A stretch of DNA of 64,000 nt from an uncultured Methanoregulaceae archaeon (GTDB lineage Archaea; Halobacteriota; Methanomicrobia; Methanomicrobiales; Methanospirillaceae), in assembly GCA_963717525.1 (NCBI GenBank), contig OY970343.1, positions 1,184,001 through 1,248,000 of the forward strand, in the 5' to 3' direction. Position numbers and translations under genes: made by a program. Below the pieces are notes generated by a model that was not told where the DNA came from, searched no databases, and saw only the letters and a list, made by a program, of their open reading frames with translations. Positions 21,862 to 29,986 of this stretch are shown one piece after another (within the stretch, counting starts at the first letter, position 1; each line of letters begins with the position of its first letter).

Positions 21862-22737
21862 CTATCCTTCAATCATTTTCACAATGGTCTTTTTGAACTC
21901 ATCAAACTCGAGATCGTCAAGCTGCTCGGGGAGCATCGCACCGCTCGAAGCCTGCCGGTAGATCCAGTAGATGATACGGTCCACCACCCGTAAGACATCC
22001 TCATGAGACTTGACCGTGACTAAGTGCCGCCCGATTTTCGGGTGCCTGCCCCGGCGTCCCCCGACCGTGATCCGGTACTCCGGGTCATCGGCAGAGATGA
22101 GTTTGAACGGGCAGGGGAGGATGCAGAAGCCACACTCCATGCAGAGTTCCTTGTGGAGGACGATGACGCCATTGTCGACCTCGATGGCCTTCTCCCTGCA
22201 GTAATGGGTGCAGGTTCCGCAGCCGGTGCAGAGGCCGGGATCCCGGATCGGGCGCCGGGTACCAGTGATGCCGATCTCGTTGAGGCGTTCGCTCTCGCAA
22301 CCGTTAGGACAGGATGAAATGGCAATACGAACCTTGACAGGCAGTTCCCTGCCGAAAAACTTCTTGTCGATCTCCTGGGCGAGCCCGACACTGTCGATGA
22401 TGCCGAACTTGCAGTGCCGGTTCCCCATGCATGCGGTCACATTGACGACTTCCTCGCGTTCTGCTCCTAGAGGTGTGCCGTTCTTTTCCAGGTCCCCGAC
22501 GAGCTCTTCGAGCTGGCCCGGGTCCACATGAGGCAACTCCACGGTCTGCCGGGTCGTGAGATGGAGGTCTTTTACCCCGTAACGACTCGCAATCTCACCG
22601 AGCCCCTGCATCTGTGCCGGGGTGATCATCCCGGCCGGCATGCGGAGGCGGACGATAACAAAGTTGGGATCGCATTCCGTGATGATCCCACCCCGGGTAT
22701 AGAGTTCCTGATTGATCTGATATTTTTTGAATACCAT
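21862..22737 (-). CDS. siroheme sulfite/nitrite reductase-like protein (Dsr-LP / AsrC-like) with 2x[4Fe-4S] insert
   Basis: HLTTRQ, CMGNRHC (CX5C), SCPNGC (CX3C), CTGCGTCTHYC, CMECGFCILPC and GGRRGRHP. Confidence 0.9.
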   Translation of the reverse strand: MVFKKYQINQELYTRGGIITECDPNFVIVRLRMPAGMITPAQMQGLGEIASRYGVKDLHLTTRQTVELPHVDPGQLEELVGDLEKNGTPLGAEREEVVNVTACMGNRHCKFGIIDSVGLAQEIDKKFFGRELPVKVRIAISSCPNGCESERLNEIGITGTRRPIRDPGLCTGCGTCTHYCREKAIEVDNGVIVLHKELCMECGFCILPCPFKLISADDPEYRITVGGRRGRHPKIGRHLVTVKSHEDVLRVVDRIIYWIYRQASSGAMLPEQLDDLEFDEFKKTIVKMIEG

Positions 22738-22837
22738 AACTGACTATTCCTTCGATGCAGCAACGGATAGAGGTTACGAATGTACCCTAACTGGTAAAGT
22801 ACAAATGATTATTAGACTCCGTCGCGAAGTATGTACC

Positions 22838-23410
22838 ATGGTGAAGCATTCCGAATACATGGAGGCATTTTTTGGCGTGGAGCTGAACCAGAAGTTCGAA
22901 GATATGATAAACGAACTCAAGGATACTGAGGACAACTTAAAAGAGCTCTCCCTTGAGATTGCGAAACTGGAGGGAACCAGGGATACTGCAGAATTCAGCG
23001 AATCCATCAAGGAATGCAGGGCCGTGGCGTACGAGAATGCGCAGCAGATAAAGGATGTGCGCACGTTTCTGGATTTCTACCTCAAATCAGACAAGACCTC
23101 AACTCATATCATTCTCGAACGGGATGCTTACATGAAAATATACCAGATCTTCAAATGGGACGGGTCAGATGTCCGGGATCTCAAGCGCTGGATTGCGGAT
23201 CTCAAGGAGATCTGCGATAAGATCGGGTTAAACATGCGGGATCTCATCAACTTCAAGAAACTGACGTCGCAGCCGGTGCCCCCGGAACTGGTAAAGTTCC
23301 CCGTATATGCTCTCGACCGGCAGGGATACTGCCTGACCGGCCCGGGATTTGATATGGTCCTCCATATCGATGAAGTCCGCGAACAGATGGACAGCAATTC
23401 TCACGAATAA
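22838..23410 (+). CDS. hypothetical protein with N-terminal coiled coil
   Basis: Long ORF with acidic, heptad-like N-terminal half, followed by a T-rich tract. Confidence 0.75.
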   Translation: MVKHSEYMEAFFGVELNQKFEDMINELKDTEDNLKELSLEIAKLEGTRDTAEFSESIKECRAVAYENAQQIKDVRTFLDFYLKSDKTSTHIILERDAYMKIYQIFKWDGSDVRDLKRWIADLKEICDKIGLNMRDLINFKKLTSQPVPPELVKFPVYALDRQGYCLTGPGFDMVLHIDEVREQMDSNSHE

Positions 23411-23587
23411 GATTTTTTTTCTTTGGGACCGGAAGCCGGCATGCCGTCGCCGGTTGTAGTTCTCCATCGTTTTGCCGGTCAGGGTAAGTATTCCCGATTA
23501 AAAGCAGGGATTATCAATAAAAAATCTGTACACCCTGGAGAACATAATAGATAAATAACGTGATCTTCAAATCATCAGTATCCCTGC

Positions 23588-24832
23588 ATGACTGCCCATT
23601 TTTTTCTGATAAGGGACATTCTTATCCCGGAGCGGCTCGACTGGATCGATGAGCTGCTGAAGTTTTATTTTTTAAAACTCAACCCCCAGAGTTTCCGCCA
23701 TACCTCCCATGACCGGGAAGCAGCGTTCACCTTTTTCCTGACCGGTGACGCCCTGTATAGTCTCCAGAACCCGCAGATGGTCGAACTCTGGGAAAGCATA
23801 TTCTCGCTTCCCTCGATAAAAATAGTCTGCGACCAGGAAGAGCTTGCCCTTCGGGGTATCACCGTTGAACACCTGAAAATGAAAAACCCGGATCTGGTGA
23901 TCACCCATAACAGCCTTGCGCTTAACGGGCGGCCGTCCTTCTGGAAAGACGTCATGAAATACGCCCGCCAGCACGAGCAGCCGATCCCGAGCACCATCGG
24001 GTACCTCCACATGGCCTCACCTTACATGCACCGTTCCTCCGGCATCCTCCTCCACTGCCTTGGAGCGGCACTTGAATCCCAAACCTCGTGGGATCTCTAC
24101 TGCTACCTCGACGGGATCCACATCGGACACCAGGGCCAGAACCCGCTCGATATGGAGAATATTGGGGATGGCCTGGAGGATCTTGAGGACCGGGCGGGTA
24201 AACGCGGCCTCCACGGCCAGATCACCGCCAGTGCCACGTGTGCGAGTGCACGGGGGTACTGTACCCGGGAAGAGGGAAAGGAGGGGCTCGTTCCGGCCTG
24301 CACCATCCAGCCAGTGAAGATCCGGGATCTCCACACTATTGCCGCGCAATTCCGGAGCAACCATATCATCCTTGCCGAAAACTGTGCCAGGATCTCCCTG
24401 AGAAAAGAGAATATCCGGCCAACCCTGAGTTTTGATGAGAAATGGAGGGTCCCGCCGGTGACGATCCTTGTCACTCATCACCCGTACGGTTCGGAGTTTG
24501 CCTCGGGCGCGGTTGCCTTTGCCATCGCGTGTGCCGAAAAGGAGATCCAGACCCGCGTCGTCTTCATCGAAGACGGCGTGTATGCTCTTTCCGGCTTACA
24601 CTCATGCGCCAGCCGGCCACAGTGCCTCAACCTGCAGGAGAAGATCGATGCCGTATCCGGAAGCGAGAACCTCCAGTTTTTTGTTTTTGCTCCTTCCCTG
24701 CAGGCAAGGAACATGAGCAAGAACCCGAAACTGACCGGGGTGCTCCCGATCGGTATCTCGGATCTCGGCAACCTCCTCTTCTACCCGCCGACAGGCATCG
24801 TGGCTAATCACCAGAGGATCCTGTTCTTTTGA
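23588..24832 (+). CDS. three-domain DsrE/F/H (TusBCD)-like protein, paralog 2
   Basis: Three tandem DsrE-fold motif sets: FLTGDALYSL...EELALRGI, SPYM...YLDGIH...TCASARG and HPYGSE...FIEDGVY...SLQARN. Confidence 0.82.
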   Translation: MTAHFFLIRDILIPERLDWIDELLKFYFLKLNPQSFRHTSHDREAAFTFFLTGDALYSLQNPQMVELWESIFSLPSIKIVCDQEELALRGITVEHLKMKNPDLVITHNSLALNGRPSFWKDVMKYARQHEQPIPSTIGYLHMASPYMHRSSGILLHCLGAALESQTSWDLYCYLDGIHIGHQGQNPLDMENIGDGLEDLEDRAGKRGLHGQITASATCASARGYCTREEGKEGLVPACTIQPVKIRDLHTIAAQFRSNHIILAENCARISLRKENIRPTLSFDEKWRVPPVTILVTHHPYGSEFASGAVAFAIACAEKEIQTRVVFIEDGVYALSGLHSCASRPQCLNLQEKIDAVSGSENLQFFVFAPSLQARNMSKNPKLTGVLPIGISDLGNLLFYPPTGIVANHQRILFF

Positions 24833-24958
24833 CAGGACTCATTACCTGCGTATTACTCGCGGTATTCCCGTTCCAGCCACACCTGATTCCACTCCCCGGT
24901 GTGCTTGACTCCGGTGATGAGGTGTATGTCGTTCTATACTACACAACTCGGTATTACC

Positions 24959-25708
24959 CTAGATACCTTCTGATGCACTCAGCGCGGCCCCGATTGCACC
25001 CACAATCTGAGGATCGGGCGGTACAAAAACAGGTCTGCCCGTCTCGTTTTCAAGAAGAGTCCGTGCGCAGTTATTCAGTGCAACACCCCCGGCAAAAAAG
25101 ATCTTCCCCGCAGGGGCAACCCGATTCAAGAGGCCTGCGGAACGGCTGATAATCGCTTTATGAACGCCTAAAGCAACCTCATTGCGATCCGCTCCCTGGG
25201 AAATAAGGGAAACCACCTCGGATTCTGCAAACACGGTGCACATGCTGTTGATCTTTTCCGCTTTTTTCGCAGAAAGAGCCGCAGCGGAGAACTCTTCCAG
25301 CGTGAAACCGAGTACGGTCGCCATGACCTCAAGGAATCGCCCGGTGCCTGCGGCACACCGATCATTCATCTCGAATTTACACAGGTTACCTTCACAATCC
25401 AGAGAAATGGCCTTGGTGTCCTGTCCGCCAATGTCAAGGATCGACCCGCAGTCGTTTGAAAAAAAGCGGGAACCCCGGACAAAGGCCGTGATCTCGCTGA
25501 TCACCGGGCAGTCGAGGTGCCCCCTGATCAGGTGACGCCCGTATCCGGTGGCTGTTACCCGGTCATACTCCACGCCCTCAAGGAGATCACGGGCGATCCC
25601 CAGCGGGTTATGGGAGGTTACAGATTTGCGGGAAAGGACAAGCCTGCCGTTTTCAAGCACGGCAAGCTTGATGGTACGCGATCCGATATCAATTCCCGCG
25701 CATCTCAT
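24959..25708 (-). CDS. ATP-dependent reductive activase (HgdC/BcrAD/DCCP-R type ASKHA ATPase)
   Basis: GIDIGSRT, ATGYGR, DIGGQDTK, MNDRCAAGTGRFLE and SMCTVFAESE. Confidence 0.93.
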   Translation of the reverse strand: MRCAGIDIGSRTIKLAVLENGRLVLSRKSVTSHNPLGIARDLLEGVEYDRVTATGYGRHLIRGHLDCPVISEITAFVRGSRFFSNDCGSILDIGGQDTKAISLDCEGNLCKFEMNDRCAAGTGRFLEVMATVLGFTLEEFSAAALSAKKAEKINSMCTVFAESEVVSLISQGADRNEVALGVHKAIISRSAGLLNRVAPAGKIFFAGGVALNNCARTLLENETGRPVFVPPDPQIVGAIGAALSASEGI

Positions 25709-26984
25709 TTCTTCTTCAGGCGCTCGTTAAATGCCTCAATCCGTGTCTTGAGCTGCCCGACATCTTCCTGGCTGTAATCGGTCTCAAGTCGCAGGGTAGG
25801 GATGTGCGATTTTTCCAGTTCCTTCTCCACCGGGCCGCTCTCGATAATATAGGGCTGGCAGAACTGCAGGCTGTAATGGATGACACCATCTGCGTGGAGT
25901 TTTTTTGTCATTTCCTTTACGTAATCAACACGCGAGGGGTTTGGCGTAAAGACTGCACAGTCAACATTGAAATACCGGTCGGTAATGGCATCAAGCAGTT
26001 CTTCCACGGTGTTGCCCTTTACTTCGGTCAGCCACCGTGTGCCCCGTTCTCCCACACAGGACTCCTCGCCCACGATGACGGCATTGCTCGTCTCAACAAG
26101 CATCGGCAGCTTCCAGTTCGGAACGGCCATCGGGCATCCAGATATAATGATACGTGTTGTTCCCTTGGGAGCCACACCCTTATGATCTTTTACCCGCTGC
26201 TCCAGCTCGTCGCAGAGCTTGTTGACCGAATCAGTGAACCGGACAGGATCATCGTGGAAGAAGACCTGGTTGATGAGGAGGGCATCAAGGCCTGAGATCG
26301 GGGCCGGGTCTGCGGCACGGATCGCGGCAAGCCGTATCATCGCCTTCCTCTTTGCATTGACGATATCGATGGCTTTCTTAAGCGATTGGACGGTTATCTT
26401 CTTCCCACTCTCTTTTTCGAGTTTTGCAATGAACTTGCGGTACTCCTCTTTGAGTACCAGCCGGCCTGTCTCGCTCTTTGTCTGCGGGAGATCCATGACG
26501 TAGAGATCCTTTACGAGAGGTCTGAAGATCTCATAGGCCTTTTTCTTGCCATCGCAGGTGTTCTCGCCTACGATCACATCGCACGACTCCACGTAGGGAC
26601 AGAGTTTCCCGAGCTTGAACCCGAACATGGACTTGATGAGTGAACAGGTATTCCTGGGGAGCAGTGCTTCGGCGGCTTCAAAATTCAGCTCGGCACCGGC
26701 GCACAGGCCGACGGCAACACCGTCAACGGCAAGGACGAGTTCCTCCGGGACAAAGACACAGTACGATCCGATCACTTTCCGGCCCTGTGCCTTTGCGTCG
26801 ACGAGTTCCTTGATCCGGAGACCGTGGACCTCGCTCATAACAAAATCGAAGTACTTCATCCCTTCCGGCGGTTCTTCTGGGAAAGGAAGATGTCTGTGTA
26901 TGCTTTTCCCAAAACTGCAAGAAGTGCATCGTGGTTTTTTACATCAATGCCCAGTGATTTCCACATTTCCGTATAATCTGCCAT
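25705..26984 (-). CDS. double-cubane cluster protein (2-hydroxyacyl-CoA dehydratase D/HgdB superfamily); apparent -1 frameshift near 26870
   Basis: ATG 26984 reads MADYTEMWKSLGIDVKNHDALLAVLGKAYTDIFLSQKNR and joins PEGMKYFDFVMSEVHG with one added C. Cys motifs: YCVF, LCAG, TCSL, LCPY, TCDG, SGCP, ESCVG, DCAVF and FCQP. Confidence 0.8.
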
Positions 26985-27009
26985 GGTGTATGACCTGCCT
27001 TTTTTAATG

Positions 27010-27531
27010 TTAGATCTTTTTCACTTCGGCTTTCAGGGTAATTGCATGCTGGATGGTGAACATGCCCATGCAATGTGTGAGAGAATACTCCTTGAGGTCC
27101 GCAAGCTGAGCCTCGGTGACATCGCCCTTGACATCCATGAAGACACGGAATCCATTCACGAGTGGCTGTTTCCCGAGATCGAATTGGGCGGTGTAATCGA
27201 GGTCTGCCTCAACCCGGGTCTTCACATTCGTAAGCGTGATATTTCTCAGGGAGGCTTCGGTAACAAGGGTGCTTGAGAAACAGGCAGCAAACCAAAAGAG
27301 GCCAAACGCCATCGGCCCGGGACGGCTTGCAGGCCCGGCGAAGTTCGGGTGACAGGCTTCCATCGTATAGGTACCGTCCTTTACCTTGACAATCGACCGG
27401 AACTGCGGGCCGCCTTCCTCAAAGAGCCAGTCTCCCTCGATCTTTGCTGTGAATTTTGCATCAACCGGCTTGTTCCGGATCTCCTTTTTGTAATCTACAA
27501 CCTGCTTGGTGTCGATGTTGTTCAGACCCAT
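27010..27531 (-). CDS. OsmC/Ohr-like protein
   Basis: PGP...AACF and HCMG two-Cys pattern; LNNID N-terminus typical of the long OsmC-like subfamily. Confidence 0.8.
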   Translation of the reverse strand: MGLNNIDTKQVVDYKKEIRNKPVDAKFTAKIEGDWLFEEGGPQFRSIVKVKDGTYTMEACHPNFAGPASRPGPMAFGLFWFAACFSSTLVTEASLRNITLTNVKTRVEADLDYTAQFDLGKQPLVNGFRVFMDVKGDVTEAQLADLKEYSLTHCMGMFTIQHAITLKAEVKKI

Positions 27532-27937
27532 AAGTTAACACCCATTGAATGTTGAGCAACATAGGTAAAAAAGTTTTAGTAAATACCATGAATTAATGAA
27601 GACTCATATTTGACACACGATGAGCACGACTTCATGATAAAAAAAACATGGACATGATCCACCCGTTATACAAAAAAGGGTGTTTATGCCTTCGCCTCAG
27701 CTCAAAAGTTATGGGGGACATTCCCCTCCCCCCTTTGGTGCACACGGTATTTTGGGTGAAGCGGCTATAAGGTATCAGGATGTTTTCTTTCCAGCAGTTC
27801 TGTTGTATCATGTAAAGGCTGACCCTTGTTGAGATCACCCCTTCAGGAACCTGATAATCGAATCCGTCATAGAACAATCCCGAAACCATGGTAATTTAAC
27901 TGGTACCTCATGCGCACCCGGCAGTTACTAGAGAAAT

Positions 27938-28717
27938 CTACTCTTTATCTGTATGCGGGGAGAGTTCATGCTCATCGGGCAGGTTTTTGTGACGCCGCTG
28001 TGCTTCTTTCTCCCGTTCGAGTGCATCGGGATCAACATGCCACTCGGTCCGGCGCAGGAGGCCGTGGACAGTGCTTGCCTCCCGGGTTGTCAGGCCGGCC
28101 CTCCCTAGGATGCGCCGGATCATGATCATCGTGTTCTCGCGCTTGAAGGCCGGGTGATGCACTGAGTCCAGAAACCGGTCGATGTGCCGGTACAAATGCC
28201 CCATCTCATAGGGGGAGGCGAGCCGGTACTGGGGAGGGGGGAGATGTGCAAGCTCGTAACAGACGACGCCGACCGCATGGGAGAGATTCATGATCGGGTA
28301 CTCATCCGCGGTCGGGATCGTGCAGATCATATCGCTGCGTTTCACCTCATCGTTGTTGAGCCCCCAGTTCTCGCGGCCAAAGAGGATGGAGACTCTCCCT
28401 TCCGCTGTGCCGATGCGGTCGCGCAGTTCGCGGGGTGAGTAAAACGGCATTCTCATCGGGGTGCAGACCGACTTGCTCACCTGCCCGGTCGTTGCAACAA
28501 CGATGCTGCTCCGGGCAAAGACGTCCTCGATGGTACAGATCTCAGCGTTTTTTAGAACATCCTGTGCATGGGAGGCCCGGCCTTTGGCTTCCTCGCCCAG
28601 CGTGCAGGGGTCGACCAGCACCATCCGGGTGAACCCGAAATTCTTCATCACCCGTGCGGCGAATCCCACGTTTCCCTCATATAAGGGGGCAACGAGCACG
28701 ATGTCGATCTCGGGCAT
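27938..28717 (-). CDS. trmJ: SPOUT RNA methyltransferase, TrmH group 1 (TrmJ-like)
   Basis: GNVGFAARVMKNFG, LFGRENWGL and MNLSHAV. Confidence 0.88.
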   Translation of the reverse strand: MPEIDIVLVAPLYEGNVGFAARVMKNFGFTRMVLVDPCTLGEEAKGRASHAQDVLKNAEICTIEDVFARSSIVVATTGQVSKSVCTPMRMPFYSPRELRDRIGTAEGRVSILFGRENWGLNNDEVKRSDMICTIPTADEYPIMNLSHAVGVVCYELAHLPPPQYRLASPYEMGHLYRHIDRFLDSVHHPAFKRENTMIMIRRILGRAGLTTREASTVHGLLRRTEWHVDPDALEREKEAQRRHKNLPDEHELSPHTDKE

Positions 28718-28725
28718 AAAAAAAG

Positions 28726-29412
28726 TTACTGGACGGCGTCTACCGTTGCCTTGAGGACGGAGACACCCTGGTCATACACCGCGTTTCCTACCACGATCGT
28801 ATCCGCGTACTTCCCCATCTCGGCCGCTTTCTCTGCCGAATTGATCCCGCCGCCATAGTAGAGGATCGCCCGGTCGATCGCCTCGGACGCCGCTTTTACG
28901 ACAGCCGGGTCACCATAGGTCCCGGAATATTCAATATAGACGATCGGGAAACGGAAGTACCGGTCGGCTACAGCGGTGTATGCGGCGACCTCGGCAGGCT
29001 TGAGATCGCAGGCGGCTTTTGTCACCCGGCCCACTGAAGAAGCAGGGTTGAGGACGATGTAGGCCTCGGGTATCACCAGGTCCCACGGGATTTTGCCATC
29101 CTGTTGCTCGACCCAGAACCGGTGTTTGCCCACAATCCACTGCACGTCAGTCGTGTTCAGCACGCTTGGTACAAAGACATACTCGATCCCCTCGACGAGT
29201 ACCGCCTCAGGGCCTGCAGGTTCCATCACCAGCGGCAGATCATACTTTGCGATCTGCTTCTGGAGGACGAGCAGGTTCTCTTTTGTCACGTTCAGGGTGC
29301 CCGAGAGCATCAGTGCGTCAGTGCCGCTCGTGGCGATGGCATCGATGTCACCGTGCCTGAGCTGCTTATCAGGGTCGAGTTTGGTCACATGCACCCAGTC
29401 TTTCCACTTCAT
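28726..29412 (-). CDS. geranylgeranylglyceryl phosphate synthase (group I, PcrB-like)
   Basis: WVHVTKLDPDK, SGTDA, YIEYSGTYG and YGGGI...VVGN. Confidence 0.92.
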   Translation of the reverse strand: MKWKDWVHVTKLDPDKQLRHGDIDAIATSGTDALMLSGTLNVTKENLLVLQKQIAKYDLPLVMEPAGPEAVLVEGIEYVFVPSVLNTTDVQWIVGKHRFWVEQQDGKIPWDLVIPEAYIVLNPASSVGRVTKAACDLKPAEVAAYTAVADRYFRFPIVYIEYSGTYGDPAVVKAASEAIDRAILYYGGGINSAEKAAEMGKYADTIVVGNAVYDQGVSVLKATVDAVQ

Positions 29413-29610
29413 GTCAGTATCAGGAATAGATATGTCGTTTATCCCAATAAACCGGTGCACCGGGCGCGAGTCCGTCACCGGGTCATTGTCCGTGATGCCG
29501 ATCCCGGCAGGGAATTCCGTGATTTCTGAGGGACTATAGGAAACGGGCGGAATGGATAACCATATGTCATGATCCGGTCATAGTGATACATAACGAGGCG
29601 AAAACAGGCC

Positions 29611-29976
29611 ATGAGCGGGAAAGCAGTTCTTCTGGTCGAAGATGACGATATCATAGCAAAGATCGCCGACTGGCGCTTAAACAACCTGGGCTACAAGGTC
29701 TGCGGGCGGGCGGTGTCAGGTGCCGAGGCCATGGAGATGGTGGTAAAAAACAAGCCGGATGTTGTCCTTATGGACATCAACCTCAAAGGGGAGATTGACG
29801 GTATCGAGACCGCAAAGATGATCAAAAAAGGGTTTAACATCCCGGTGATCTATGTCACTTCCCACTCCGATGGCCCGACCCTGGAACGGGCGCGCGAGAC
29901 CAGGCCCGATGGATTTATCATCAAGCCCTTCGATGACAATGACCTCAGGGTGGCCATTGAGCTCGTCCTGAAATAA
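29611..29976 (+). CDS. single-domain response regulator
   Basis: LVEDD, LMDINL..IDGIE, YVTS and IKPF. Confidence 0.92.
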   Translation: MSGKAVLLVEDDDIIAKIADWRLNNLGYKVCGRAVSGAEAMEMVVKNKPDVVLMDINLKGEIDGIETAKMIKKGFNIPVIYVTSHSDGPTLERARETRPDGFIIKPFDDNDLRVAIELVLK

Positions 29977-29986
29977 CCCGGTACTG

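Noticed and set aside
26855..26875. TGA readthrough or Sec in the double-cubane gene
   Set aside because: The homologous sequence continues in a different frame, so this is an indel and not recoding.
27632..27889. 85-aa ORF upstream of the OsmC-like gene
   Set aside because: It has no recognisable motif and atypical composition; it may be promoter DNA or a gene remnant and cannot be supported.
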